Below, in pieces: positions 1 through 9,890 of a DNA stretch of 64,000 nucleotides. The DNA lies in assembly GCA_041750285.1 (NCBI GenBank), contig JBGSZS010000019.1, positions 96,001 to 160,000 of the forward strand. Direction: 5' to 3'. Below the pieces are notes generated by a model that ran no database searches, was not told the origin of the DNA, and was given only the letters and a program-made list of their open reading frames with translations. Position numbers and translations under genes: made by a program. The stretch comes from Candidatus Fermentibacteraceae bacterium. Lineage in GTDB: Bacteria > Fermentibacterota > Fermentibacteria > Fermentibacterales > JCC-6. How positions within the stretch are numbered: the first letter of the stretch is position 1; each line of letters opens with the position of its first letter.

Positions 1-849
1 CTCGAGGTCCCTTTCGCCATCGCCGACGCCACGACCCTCACCGAAGCCGGCTATGTGGGGGAGGACGTGGAGAACATCCTGCTCAGGCTGCTTCAGGTCA
101 CCGACATGAACGTGGAGGAGGCCCAGCACGGGATCATCTACATTGATGAGCTGGACAAGATATCCCGCAAGTCCGAAAACCCCTCCATAACGCGTGACGT
201 ATCCGGCGAGGGTGTTCAGCAGGCCCTTTTGAAGATCGTGGAGGGAACCGTTGCGGGCGTTCCCCCTCAGGGCGGGAGGAAACATCCCTATCAGGAGAAC
301 ATCTATGTCGACACCTCCGGGATCCTCTTCATCTGCGGAGGGGCCTTTCACGGGCTGGACAAGATCATCGAATCCCGCATCAGTCACGGAGCCATGGGTT
401 TCGGAGCCGACATCAAGGCCGACCGTCAGGAGTCATGTTCCCTCGAGATCGTGGAGGCCCACGACCTCGTGCGCTATGGCATCATCCCCGAACTGGTCGG
501 CAGGCTTCCCGTGGTGGTGACGCTCGAGGACCTCGACGAGGAAGCCCTCGTGAAGGTGCTGACCGAGCCGAAGAACGCCCTCATGAAGCAGTACTCCTAC
601 CTGTTCAGCCTCGAGGGCCTTGAACTCGAGATCACGCCGGGCGCGCTGAAAGCCATCGCCTTCGAAGCAAGGAAGGCAAAGAGCGGTGCCAGGGGGCTTC
701 GTTCCATACTCGAAAGGGTCCTTCTGGAACCCATGTACACAATCCCCGACACCAAGGAAAAGTCGGGAACCCTGGTCGTGGACGAGGCGTGCGTCAAGGG
801 CATGAAGAAACCAAGAATACTGACCCGCAGGGGACGGAAAGCGGTCTGA
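1..849 (+). CDS. clpX: ATP-dependent Clp protease ATP-binding subunit ClpX (5'-truncated by window edge)
   Basis: Frame open from base 1: [21 protein letters not shown], Walker [40 protein letters not shown]. Confidence 0.97.
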   Translation, partial: LEVPFAIADATTLTEAGYVGEDVENILLRLLQVTDMNVEEAQHGIIYIDELDKISRKSENPSITRDVSGEGVQQALLKIVEGTVAGVPPQGGRKHPYQENIYVDTSGILFICGGAFHGLDKIIESRISHGAMGFGADIKADRQESCSLEIVEAHDLVRYGIIPELVGRLPVVVTLEDLDEEALVKVLTEPKNALMKQYSYLFSLEGLELEITPGALKAIAFEARKAKSGARGLRSILERVLLEPMYTIPDTKEKSGTLVVDEACVKGMKKPRILTRRGRKAV

Positions 850-850
850 A

Positions 851-1420
851 TTGCCGGGACTTGCGCTCAGCTTTCTCAGGAGCTGCCCTGGAGGAGTGGG
901 CCTTCCGGAAGACGGCAGGCCGGAAGTGGCCTTCACAGGGCGTTCCAACGTGGGGAAATCGTCGCTGATAAACCGTCTGGCCGGTGGCGCTTCTGTGGCC
1001 CGCACCAGCTCCTCCCCGGGGTGCACAAGGTTCATCAACATCTACGAAAGCAATTTCGGCTACTACGTCGCCGACCTTCCGGGCTACGGATATGCCAGGA
1101 CCCCCGGTGCCGAGAGGTCCCGATGGCTTTCCTGGATGGAGGACTACCTCGGGAAAAGACGTCCTTTGAGGGGCTCGGTGCTTCTCGTGGACTGCAGGCA
1201 TACCGGGATGGAGAGCGACGCCAGGATGGCGGAGTTCCTCAGGGGCTGCGGAAAACCCTACATTGTCGCCCTGACCAAGAGCGACAAACTGGGGGCATCG
1301 AAACTCGCGGAATCCAGAAAGAAAGCCGAGGAACTCGGCCCGGTGATCCCCGTTTCATCGGTTCGCGGCTCGGGGATCAGGGAACTGCTTCGCTGGCTTG
1401 TGCAGGTAACGGCGGATTAG
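851..1420 (+). CDS. engB: Ribosome biogenesis GTP-binding protein YihA/YsxC
   Basis: GRSNVGKSSLIN (G1), DLPGYG (G3), TKSD (G4); usual position after clpX; TTG start. Confidence 0.93.
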   Translation: MPGLALSFLRSCPGGVGLPEDGRPEVAFTGRSNVGKSSLINRLAGGASVARTSSSPGCTRFINIYESNFGYYVADLPGYGYARTPGAERSRWLSWMEDYLGKRRPLRGSVLLVDCRHTGMESDARMAEFLRGCGKPYIVALTKSDKLGASKLAESRKKAEELGPVIPVSSVRGSGIRELLRWLVQVTAD

Positions 1421-1428
1421 GGGGGAAA

Positions 1429-2703
1429 ATGCCTGTAAGGATAATTGTGGGGCTTCAGTGGGGAGACGAGGGCAAGGGCAAGATGGTTGATCACCTGGCC
1501 CTTGACGCCTCGGCTGTGGCCAGGTTTTCCGGGGGAGCCAACGCGGGGCATACCGTGGAGACCCCCATGGGAAGGTACGCGCTGCACATGCTGCCCTCGG
1601 GGCTTCTCAGGCAGGGAGTGGCGGGGATGATCGGTTCCGGATGCGTGGTGGATCCCCTGGCCCTGCTCCGGGAGATCCATGACCTCGAGAATTCCGGCAT
1701 TGCCATTGCGGACAGGCTTCTGGTGAGTGGAAAGGTTCATCTGGTACACCCCGCCGCCCGGGTTTCCGAAGCCTTCTCCGAAACCGGTGTTGACCACAGG
1801 ATCGGCACCACCGGGAGGGGGATCGGACCAACGTATGTCGAAAAGTTCCGCCGCAGGGGCATCAGACTGGAGGACATATCGCTTCCCGGGCAGTTCACCG
1901 CCAGGTGCCGGGAGAAGGCGGATCAGTGCGTGCAGGAGTTCGGGCTCGACGGCGCGGCGCGTGAAGCCCTTCTGAGCGATACCGATGCCTTCATCGAAGC
2001 ATCGCTTTCAATGGCGCGGTATGTGGGGGATGTTTCGTACACCATATCCCGGATACTGGAGGAGAACGGCACGGTCATAGCCGAAGGCGCCCAGGGCACC
2101 CTTCTCGATCCCGATCATGGCACGTACCCCTATGTGACGTGCGGCCAGTGCGTGAGCGGAGCCGCCTGCACAAGCCTCGGCTTCGGCCCGAACCGCGTCG
2201 GAGATGTCGTTGGGATACTGAAAGCCTACTCCACGCGTGTCGGGGAAGGGCCGTTTCCCACCGAACAGGTCAATGAGACCGGCGAGAGGATAAGGAAGGC
2301 GGGGAACGAGTACGGCACGACCACCGGGCGCCCCAGAAGGTGCGGCTGGTCCGACGGCGTCCTGGCCCGGTACGCAGCGCGCCTCAACGGATGCGACTGG
2401 ATAACCCTGACGCTGCTCGATGTCCTGTCGGGCTTCGACGAGCTCAAGGTCTGCACCAGGTACGAACTCGATCCCGAGCAGGACCTTGCCCTTTTCGAAA
2501 CCGGGGTGAGGCTTGGTTCCCACATCCCCGTCTACGAGACCCTTCCGGGCTGGAAGGAGGACATTCGCGGCGAGACCCGCTGGGATGCCCTTCCCATGAA
2601 CGCCAGGCGGTACGTCGAAGCCCTCGAGAAACTGGCCGGAGCTCCGATCAGGGCCATTTCCACCGGCCCCGACCGTGACCACCTGATCCGGCGGGACACC
2701 TGA
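1429..2703 (+). CDS. purA: Adenylosuccinate synthetase
   Basis: GLQWGDEGKGK, GGANAGHT, EGAQGTLLD, EYGTTTGRPRRCGW; ATG 1429 after a G-rich SD. Confidence 0.97.
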   Translation: MPVRIIVGLQWGDEGKGKMVDHLALDASAVARFSGGANAGHTVETPMGRYALHMLPSGLLRQGVAGMIGSGCVVDPLALLREIHDLENSGIAIADRLLVSGKVHLVHPAARVSEAFSETGVDHRIGTTGRGIGPTYVEKFRRRGIRLEDISLPGQFTARCREKADQCVQEFGLDGAAREALLSDTDAFIEASLSMARYVGDVSYTISRILEENGTVIAEGAQGTLLDPDHGTYPYVTCGQCVSGAACTSLGFGPNRVGDVVGILKAYSTRVGEGPFPTEQVNETGERIRKAGNEYGTTTGRPRRCGWSDGVLARYAARLNGCDWITLTLLDVLSGFDELKVCTRYELDPEQDLALFETGVRLGSHIPVYETLPGWKEDIRGETRWDALPMNARRYVEALEKLAGAPIRAISTGPDRDHLIRRDT

Positions 2704-2705
2704 GG

Positions 2706-4082
2706 GTGAACCGTTCCCATTGGCCCGGACTGCTCTTCGACACCCATTGTCACCTTCACTTCGATGATTTCCGCAGTGACCTCGAAACGGTTGTCACCAG
2801 CGCATTCGATGCGGGAGTCCGGGGAATTCTGGTCCCCTCGGTCGACCTGGAATCCAGCGTCCGCTCAAGCTCCATAGCAGGGAGTTACGGTCTTTGGTCC
2901 GCCGCGGGGTTTCACCCGAACCATCTCGAGGAAGCATCCGAAAGTGCTTTCAGGGAGGTTGCGGCGCTGTCCCTGCTTCCGCAGGCCGCGGCGGTGGGTG
3001 AGACGGGTCTCGACTTCTACCGAGACAGGTTTCCCCGCGATTTCCAGACCCGATGGTTTCAGAAGCACATCGATCTTTCCAGAGACCTTGCAATGCCCCT
3101 TGTCGTTCACTCAAGGGGAGCTGAAGGGGCTGTTCTTGACGTTCTTCCCGACGACCCGGGCGTTCCCGTCATCCTGCACAGCTGGTGCGGTTCGGCCGAA
3201 GCCACTTCACGGGCGGTGAAGAGGGGCTTTTACTTCGGCCTGACCGGAGCGGTCACCTACCGGAAAAGCGAGACCGCCCGGAATCTCGGGCTCATTCCCC
3301 GGGAGATGGTCCTGGTCGAGACTGACGCCCCCTTCCTTCCCCCGGTACCCCATCGGGGAGGAAGGAATGAACCCGCGCTCTCAACCCTGACTGCGGCATG
3401 GATCGCCCGGGAATGGAAGCAGTCTTTTGCCGGGGCTTTCTCCATCCTCTGGGAAAACTCCCTGCGCGCTTTCCGCCTTCATCCCGGGAACCGGAGGACC
3501 CATCTCGTCTATCCCATGGGGGGTAATCTCTACGTCAACCTCACGGGAATGTGCAGCGCGACATGCGTGTTCTGCATCAGGAACCGTCAGGACGGCATCG
3601 GGGGATACAACCTGAGACATCGGAGCGAGCCTTCGCGGGAGGCCGTGCTGTCGGCGCTTTCCGTTGCCGACCCGTGCGGATACGACGAGGTCGTTTTCTG
3701 CGGTTACGGTGAACCGACCATGCGGCCCGACCTCCTCCGCGAGTCCGCGGAACAGGTTCGGTCATCGGGGGGCAGGACCCGACTGAACACGAACGGGCTC
3801 TGCCTTGGACACATGACCCTGCCGGAAACCGAAGCCATGCTGGGACTCTTCGACAGGGTCAGTGTAAGCCTGAACGCATCGGGAGCGGCGGAGTACGCAA
3901 GGGTGTGCCCCGGAGCATCCGCCGCCGGCTGGGATGACCTGATGGGGTTCATCAGGATCGTGAAAAGGCTTGCGATCCCAGCCGTGCTGACCGCCGTCGA
4001 GGGGTCGGGGGCGGACATTCCGAAGGTGAGGGCGCTTGCAGAGAGGCTGGAACTGCCCGTCCTGATCAGGGAGGGGCAGTGA
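2706..4082 (+). CDS. tatD: TatD-family DNase fused to a TatD-associated radical SAM domain
   Basis: DTHCHL, GETGLDF, HSR, ETDAP in the N-terminal half; NLTGMCSATCVFC (CxxxCxxC), VFCGYGEP, NTNG in the C-terminal half. Confidence 0.9.
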   Translation: MNRSHWPGLLFDTHCHLHFDDFRSDLETVVTSAFDAGVRGILVPSVDLESSVRSSSIAGSYGLWSAAGFHPNHLEEASESAFREVAALSLLPQAAAVGETGLDFYRDRFPRDFQTRWFQKHIDLSRDLAMPLVVHSRGAEGAVLDVLPDDPGVPVILHSWCGSAEATSRAVKRGFYFGLTGAVTYRKSETARNLGLIPREMVLVETDAPFLPPVPHRGGRNEPALSTLTAAWIAREWKQSFAGAFSILWENSLRAFRLHPGNRRTHLVYPMGGNLYVNLTGMCSATCVFCIRNRQDGIGGYNLRHRSEPSREAVLSALSVADPCGYDEVVFCGYGEPTMRPDLLRESAEQVRSSGGRTRLNTNGLCLGHMTLPETEAMLGLFDRVSVSLNASGAAEYARVCPGASAAGWDDLMGFIRIVKRLAIPAVLTAVEGSGADIPKVRALAERLELPVLIREGQ

Positions 4083-4894
4083 ACACCGCCGCCACCCGCG
4101 AGACACTGAACGCTCTTGGTATTGTCCCCGACAAGGGGCTGGGACAGAACTTTCTGGTGAACCCGCTTCTTGCCCGGAGGATAGCCGCCTCGCTGGGCGA
4201 GCCGGACGGGCCGGTCCTTGAGATCGGCCCGGGTCTGGGAGCCCTGACCGAAGCCCTTATGGCCAGGGGTCTCTCGGTGACGGCTCTGGAGATATCCCAG
4301 GCCATGAGCCTCAGGCTAAGGGAACGCATGCCGGAACTCAGAGTCGTTCAGCAGGACTTTCTGAAGGCGGTTCCAGAAGAACTGCCGGGCCACCCCTTTG
4401 CCGCGGTGGCGTCGAACCTTCCCTACAGCATATCCACACCGGCTGTGGTAAGGCTTTGTGAACCGGGTTTCCAGTCGGTCTCCCGTGCCGTTCTGATGCT
4501 TCAGAGGGAGGTGGCCGTGAGGCTCGAGTGCACGACGGGGGGGAGGGAGTACGGGCGGCTCGCCCTGGCGGTCTGGCCGCACTACAGCGTGACGATGCTG
4601 TTCGAGGCCGGTCCATGGGAATTCTATCCCCGGCCCGAGGTTGAATCGACTGTGGTGCTTCTGGAGAGGAAGACAACCCCACCCCTCTCCCCGCAGCTTT
4701 ATCCAAGGTTCGTCGAAGTCGTGAAGGCAGCCTTTTCATCCCGAAGGAAGAAGATCGTGAACAACCTTTCCAGGGTCTATGGAAAGGACCGGGCGTTGGC
4801 TATACTTGACAGGGTGGGGGTTTCCCCCGACCTCAGGGCGGAAAGGGTGCCGCCCGGGAGTTTCGCCGGCATCGCCGAGGAGATTGGTCCATGA
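4079..4894 (+). CDS. rsmA: 16S rRNA m6,2A dimethyltransferase RsmA/KsgA
   Basis: KGLGQNFL, VLEIGPGLGALT, SNLPYSIS, MLQREVA, FSSRRK. Confidence 0.95.
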   Translation: MNTAATRETLNALGIVPDKGLGQNFLVNPLLARRIAASLGEPDGPVLEIGPGLGALTEALMARGLSVTALEISQAMSLRLRERMPELRVVQQDFLKAVPEELPGHPFAAVASNLPYSISTPAVVRLCEPGFQSVSRAVLMLQREVAVRLECTTGGREYGRLALAVWPHYSVTMLFEAGPWEFYPRPEVESTVVLLERKTTPPLSPQLYPRFVEVVKAAFSSRRKKIVNNLSRVYGKDRALAILDRVGVSPDLRAERVPPGSFAGIAEEIGP

Positions 4895-6696
4895 AGAACT
4901 GCATTCCCGTGATCCTCATCTTCGCATGTCTGCTCGGGGCATGGGACGCCAACTACAACCTCGGCCTGGATCAGGGGAGGGTCGAGACGACCCTTACCAA
5001 CTCCCTCACGTTCTCGCAGGAGCTTTCCCGACACCTGAGCCTGAACGGGGCCACCTCCTTCCAGGGGCTGCGGAACTGGGGCCAGGGAAGATTCTGCGAT
5101 TCGCGCAGCGGGAGGGGCTGGCTGAGCTGGAGGCCCAGGGGTGGGATGGAACTTGCAACCACGATCACAAGGTCCATCGTCGTCGACAAGACAAAGGGTG
5201 TGTTCACGCAGGACAAGGTGGCGGACAACGCCATCGGGTCACTCAGATACGCCCCTTCGGACTGGCTTTCAATGACCATGCAGGCCGGCCTTCACACCGA
5301 GGACTCGTGGAACGCATCCCACGACACGCTGACTGCGAATGACGGCACGCTCTACGACATGAGCGCCACGGTAAACCGCAGGTTGTTCCGGGTCATCAGC
5401 ACCAATTTCAGCGTCGCCGAAGCCAGGGCGTTCGGCAACGTATCCGACAACGGACGCGACAACATCTCCGCAAGGGTGGGCTACAACTTCCCCGATTCCT
5501 GGAACGGCGGAAGCTTCAACGCGGAGATCGGCGCCAACAGGAACTTCCTCAAGCACTACGATGACGAGTACAGGAAAAAGGGCGACGAGTGGAACCACTC
5601 CGAGAGCCTGGTCCTGCCCGAACTTATCCACGGCATCTTCATGGAAATGAGCGGCCAGTGGACCTACGACACCACGCTGTATACCGATCTTGACCCCGAC
5701 TCCGCGCAGGAAGGCGACCGCCGCGACAAGCTCACCAACGGAAGACGGATCGGCTGCACGATGGTGTGGGAGATGATGGATGACCTCGACCTCGACATAA
5801 GCGTATCGAGAGCCCTCGAGGATGAGGACTACAAGGTGCAGATCACCGGAGTCGAGGACCTCTTCGATGTTTCGAGGAAGACCGACGACCGGCTTCTCTC
5901 CTTCAGGCTCGTGTACACGCCGGGTTCGAGCAATGTAACCTTCCACAGGGTTGTCAACCTTTACAGGAAGGATACCTGGGGGACATGGGAAGACAGTTTC
6001 GGCAACATCTACCAGGATGACACGGACAGCGACGAACTCCGCGAGCTTCTGGGGATCACCGCCAGAATTCCCGTGAACGACTGGTTCACACTGAAGGGCG
6101 AGATGCAGGGCCAACGCCGCGAGACCATCTTCCTCATGGCAGCCATGTCGGGCCAGAGCAGCCGAAGCTCCACGTACAGCGTACGCCCCGGGTACGAATG
6201 CAATGTGGGCAGCGGCTGGAAGGTCGACCATGCGGTAAAGCTCAGCGCGGACTACACGACCTACTTCTTCCCCGAGTACGCCAGCGGGGGCAACAGGCTC
6301 AGCCGCAGGCTCGACTCGTTCTTCACCTTCGACCGTGTGAGCAGTGACAGCACGGTTCTCGGGATCGGACACACATTCTCCTTCAGGGATCAGGGACGGT
6401 ATCAGAACAGGCTGTTCTCGAGAACCTACGAAGCCGTGAACTCGCGGCTCACGTTCAACCTGGGGTTCCACGTATCGGCAAAGGTGGGGATAACCCCCAG
6501 CTACGGTTGGGAATACGTGTGGAGCAACCGCCTCGACCAGGGCATCAGCACCGACGAGCACATCCATCACGTGGGCATCAGAAGCGTGATAACGATCCTT
6601 GGGGGAGTGTTGTCGACCAACATCACCCGGACGTTCCGGATGTCCGGTGATCCGAGCTACTGGCATGCCAGCATGAACTTCAACTACCTTCTCTAG
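4891..6696 (+). CDS. Uncharacterised exported protein, probable outer-membrane beta-barrel
   Basis: Signal peptide, alternating amphipathic strands rich in S/T/D/Y/W, C-terminal WHASMNFNYLL. Confidence 0.6.
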   Translation: MKNCIPVILIFACLLGAWDANYNLGLDQGRVETTLTNSLTFSQELSRHLSLNGATSFQGLRNWGQGRFCDSRSGRGWLSWRPRGGMELATTITRSIVVDKTKGVFTQDKVADNAIGSLRYAPSDWLSMTMQAGLHTEDSWNASHDTLTANDGTLYDMSATVNRRLFRVISTNFSVAEARAFGNVSDNGRDNISARVGYNFPDSWNGGSFNAEIGANRNFLKHYDDEYRKKGDEWNHSESLVLPELIHGIFMEMSGQWTYDTTLYTDLDPDSAQEGDRRDKLTNGRRIGCTMVWEMMDDLDLDISVSRALEDEDYKVQITGVEDLFDVSRKTDDRLLSFRLVYTPGSSNVTFHRVVNLYRKDTWGTWEDSFGNIYQDDTDSDELRELLGITARIPVNDWFTLKGEMQGQRRETIFLMAAMSGQSSRSSTYSVRPGYECNVGSGWKVDHAVKLSADYTTYFFPEYASGGNRLSRRLDSFFTFDRVSSDSTVLGIGHTFSFRDQGRYQNRLFSRTYEAVNSRLTFNLGFHVSAKVGITPSYGWEYVWSNRLDQGISTDEHIHHVGIRSVITILGGVLSTNITRTFRMSGDPSYWHASMNFNYLL

Positions 6697-6706
6697 GGGG
6701 CATGAG

Positions 6707-7318
6707 ATGAAAGCCATTCTGCTGACAGTCCTTGTGATGCTTTCGGCGTGCAGCGTCTTCGAGCCCCGGGAACCAGAAGATCCCGATCCCAACCCGCCCG
6801 TGGTGTGGCAGACCCCCACGCAGCCCTCGATAGTCATCAGCAACCTTCAGAACTCGCTCAACGGTCTTTCGTTGGGATACTACAACTCGTGCTTCCACGA
6901 TGACTTCGTTTTCACCGCCGATCCGCTGGACGTATCGGACCCCGGCTTCCAGGGCCTTGATTTCTCGGACTGGACGAAAGACGTGGAATCTCAGACGGTA
7001 TCCTCCATCATCTACCAGGCCCAGGCATCAGGTGCCCCGTCGGACAGCCTGTCACAGGCCTATTTCAACACCGATGCCCAGCACCCCGACCCTTCCGTGC
7101 CCTACGACAGCGTGACCATCTACCGCGACTACTACATCGTCGCTGCGGGTACCCTGGGCTGCGGATGGGATCGCGCCGCCATGGGAAGTGCATGGATAAC
7201 CCTGGTTGCCGACGAGTTCGGACTGTGGAGCATCAGGGACTGGGACGACATCAGGGTGCCCTACTACACCGGCGATCACTATACCTGGGGCGTCGCGAAG
7301 GCCCTCTACCGGCGGTGA
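6707..7318 (+). CDS. Uncharacterised lipoprotein (possible NTF2-like fold)
   Basis: MK + hydrophobic stretch + lipobox LSAC; PREPEDPDP linker; YYNSCFHDDFVF. Confidence 0.65.
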   Translation: MKAILLTVLVMLSACSVFEPREPEDPDPNPPVVWQTPTQPSIVISNLQNSLNGLSLGYYNSCFHDDFVFTADPLDVSDPGFQGLDFSDWTKDVESQTVSSIIYQAQASGAPSDSLSQAYFNTDAQHPDPSVPYDSVTIYRDYYIVAAGTLGCGWDRAAMGSAWITLVADEFGLWSIRDWDDIRVPYYTGDHYTWGVAKALYRR

Positions 7319-7839
7319 CGACCACTGATTCGGTGATCCTGGCCAACGAGGCCTCCGCGGCCTGTCCGGGAGGACTGGCATTCGATCTGGGCACTGGGAC
7401 GGGCGAGGTCCCCAGACTGGTCTCCGAAACGAACAGGTCTCTGCTGTGGATCGGGATCGACACCTGTCCCGATTCACTGCGTCTTTCCCGGGATGCAGTG
7501 CTGCCGGTTCTCGCGGGAGTCGGGCAGGTGCCCGCACTCTTTCCGATGGGGATCGCAGACCTTGTCACGGCAAATCCACCCTATTTCGTGAGCGGGTCGG
7601 GAAGGCCCTGCCCCGACCCCGCGAGAGAGCGTGCAAGGCGGGGCGGCCCTCTTCTGCTCTACATGTTCGTTTTTGCCGCCGCGCACCTTCTGAAACCCGG
7701 CGGGGTTTTCCTTCTTACCTTCCGCTGGGGAGCCGGGCGTGACGTGGAAACGGCTGTCAGAGCCTCGGGAATCAGGTTGAGCCGGATCGCGCGCCACGGC
7801 AGGACGGGCCTTCTGTCGGGGTTGGGAAGGCCGGCATGA
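7315..7839 (+). CDS. SAM-dependent N6-adenine methyltransferase, tRNA1(Val) A37/YfiC-like (short)
   Basis: DLGTGTG motif I and NPPYF motif IV; GTG start overlaps the upstream TGA. Confidence 0.7.
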   Translation: MTTTDSVILANEASAACPGGLAFDLGTGTGEVPRLVSETNRSLLWIGIDTCPDSLRLSRDAVLPVLAGVGQVPALFPMGIADLVTANPPYFVSGSGRPCPDPARERARRGGPLLLYMFVFAAAHLLKPGGVFLLTFRWGAGRDVETAVRASGIRLSRIARHGRTGLLSGLGRPA

Positions 7840-8561
7840 ACCCGCCCTGCTACGATCTGCACACGCACGTCGTTCCCGGAGTGGATGACGGGCCGGTGAC
7901 TCCCGGCGAGGCTCTGCGGATCGTCGAGAAAATGCGGAAGGCAATGCCCGAAGGCTCAGTCATAGCGGCCACTTCGCATTTCTCGACGAACATGACCCAT
8001 CTCGCGGCCCGGTCCAGGGCCGACAGGTCGTGCCGCTTCGCCGAAAGGGCTTCGGACGACAGGCTTCTGATAATATCCGCCGGGGAGCTGCTTCTCGGAA
8101 TGAGAAAGTCAGATATTCACCGGCTGATACCGTACCCCGGAACCCGCACGGTCCTTGTGGAGTTCACCCAGGGAGTCTTCTGGTTCAGTGTGCTGCGCCG
8201 TATCGCAAGGCTCTTCAAATCGGGCTACAGACCACTTCTTGCGCATGCCGAGCGCTACAAGTGGGCCACCGCTGCCAGGCTGAGACTTCTGGCGGGGATG
8301 GGGACCGGCATCAGCATGAGCATGCGATCACTCACTGTCCCGGCATACGTGAAAAGGGCAGAGTGGATAATCGGGTCGGGGATGTGCCACATAGTGACAA
8401 GCGACTGCCACAGCGACCGTGACATGATCCTCGACGACAGCGCACGGGAAATGGTTGAAAGGCTCCGCCCCGGAAGCTGGAAGACACTTTCGGAGGAGAA
8501 CCCCAGGATCATCCTTGAGGACGGTTCGCTTCCGCCGCCGGAAGGGATGGAACGTGGCTGA
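7836..8561 (+). CDS. PHP-family tyrosine-protein phosphatase, CpsB/CapC/YwqE type
   Basis: DLHTHVVPGVDDG, ATSH, LAHAERY, SDCH. Confidence 0.85.
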   Translation: MNPPCYDLHTHVVPGVDDGPVTPGEALRIVEKMRKAMPEGSVIAATSHFSTNMTHLAARSRADRSCRFAERASDDRLLIISAGELLLGMRKSDIHRLIPYPGTRTVLVEFTQGVFWFSVLRRIARLFKSGYRPLLAHAERYKWATAARLRLLAGMGTGISMSMRSLTVPAYVKRAEWIIGSGMCHIVTSDCHSDRDMILDDSAREMVERLRPGSWKTLSEENPRIILEDGSLPPPEGMERG

Positions 8562-9348
8562 GATACTTGTTGCGGGGGGCGGCGGGTTGCTCGGAACTGC
8601 CATTCTTTCCAGACTGGGCCGCAGGGCCACGGGCATGGACCTTCCAGTGCTGGACATAACCGACTCGGCATCGGTGACCGGGGCCGTGAAAGCCACCAGA
8701 CCCTCTGTGATAATCAACTGTGCGGCACTGACCGATGTCGACTCGTGCCAGACCAACCCCGGCCGGGCCTTTCTTGTTCACCGTGACGGCGTCAGGCTCC
8801 TTGCGGAAACCGGTGTGCGGCTCGTGACCTTCTCCACCGATCACGTCTTCACCACAGGTGATTCCCCGATCACCGAGGATGCCCCGGCCCATCCCGCGAA
8901 CCTCTACGGTGAGAGCAAGCTTGCGGGGGAATCCGAAGCACTCTCGACCGGTCGGGGTGCGGTGATCAGGACATCCTGGCTCTTCGGCAAGGGCAAAGGG
9001 TTGTTGCCCTGGCTGCATCGCGGCCTGCTGGGCGGGGCTTTGCTGAGTGTCGTGAAGGATCAGACCGCTTGCGTGACTTTCGTTCCCCATCTCGTTGAAG
9101 CGATAGTAGGAATCGTGGACTCCGGGAGCACAGGCATCTTTCACTGCGTCAACCCCGGCCCCGTAACCCCTCTCGCTCTTGCCTCGTCACTAAGGGAGAG
9201 GCTTGGCTGCGGAACCTTCCGGGCCGTCTGCTGGCAGGACCTCGACGTTCCGGCCCCCCGTCCTTTTTATTCGGCCCTGGGAACAACGAAACCCTTCCAC
9301 CTTCCGCCACTTGATGCGGCGCTCGAGGAATGGATGGAAACCCTATGA
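8554..9348 (+). CDS. rfbD: dTDP-4-dehydrorhamnose reductase family SDR
   Basis: ILVAGGGGLLG, INCAALTDVD, STDHVF, YGESKLAGE, RTSWLFG, APRP. Confidence 0.85.
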   Translation: MAEILVAGGGGLLGTAILSRLGRRATGMDLPVLDITDSASVTGAVKATRPSVIINCAALTDVDSCQTNPGRAFLVHRDGVRLLAETGVRLVTFSTDHVFTTGDSPITEDAPAHPANLYGESKLAGESEALSTGRGAVIRTSWLFGKGKGLLPWLHRGLLGGALLSVVKDQTACVTFVPHLVEAIVGIVDSGSTGIFHCVNPGPVTPLALASSLRERLGCGTFRAVCWQDLDVPAPRPFYSALGTTKPFHLPPLDAALEEWMETL

Positions 9349-9890
9349 AGAAGTATCTGGAAGAAGCGGCGCACAACCTCGACGGGTTCGACCTTGAGAC
9401 CCTGGAGAGCATTCGCCTGTGCATCCTCGAAGCCATCGCAACGGGCGGGAAAGTACTTGTCTGCGGCAACGGCGGCAGCGCAGCGGACGCTTCCCATCTC
9501 GCCGGAGAACTCGTCGGCAGGTTCCGTCTCGAGCGGAGGGCGCTTCCCGTCGTCGCCCTGACAGTCGACCCTGCCGTGATGACCGCGCTTGCAAACGACT
9601 ACGGGTACGAAAGCGTTTTCGCCCGGCAGGTCGGGGCCCTGGGATGCCACGGGGATGTTCTTCTTGCCATAACCACCAGCGGATGCTCGCCCAATGTGAC
9701 GAACGCCGCGAAAACGGCGGCCGCGAAAGGGATGAAGGTCGTTGCCTTCACCGCGGCGGGCAGGGAGGCTCCCTGGGCTGATGTTCACTGGCGTGCCCCC
9801 TCAGCGGTGACAAGCCATGCACAGGAAGCAATGCTGGTGGCATTCCATGCTCTGTGCCTCGGTCTGGAGGAATCCGTTGCCAAGACGTGA
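9345..9890 (+). CDS. gmhA: Phosphoheptose isomerase (SIS domain)
   Basis: CGNGGSAADASHLAGELVGRF, TALANDYG, FARQV, TTSGCSPNV, QEAMLVAFH. Confidence 0.9.
   Translation: MKKYLEEAAHNLDGFDLETLESIRLCILEAIATGGKVLVCGNGGSAADASHLAGELVGRFRLERRALPVVALTVDPAVMTALANDYGYESVFARQVGALGCHGDVLLAITTSGCSPNVTNAAKTAAAKGMKVVAFTAAGREAPWADVHWRAPSAVTSHAQEAMLVAFHALCLGLEESVAKT

Noticed and set aside
1021..1428. N-terminal extension of the purA ORF (similar extensions at 22341, 37825, 48100, 51807)
   Set aside because: Overlaps upstream genes; better starts with an SD or coupled stop lie downstream
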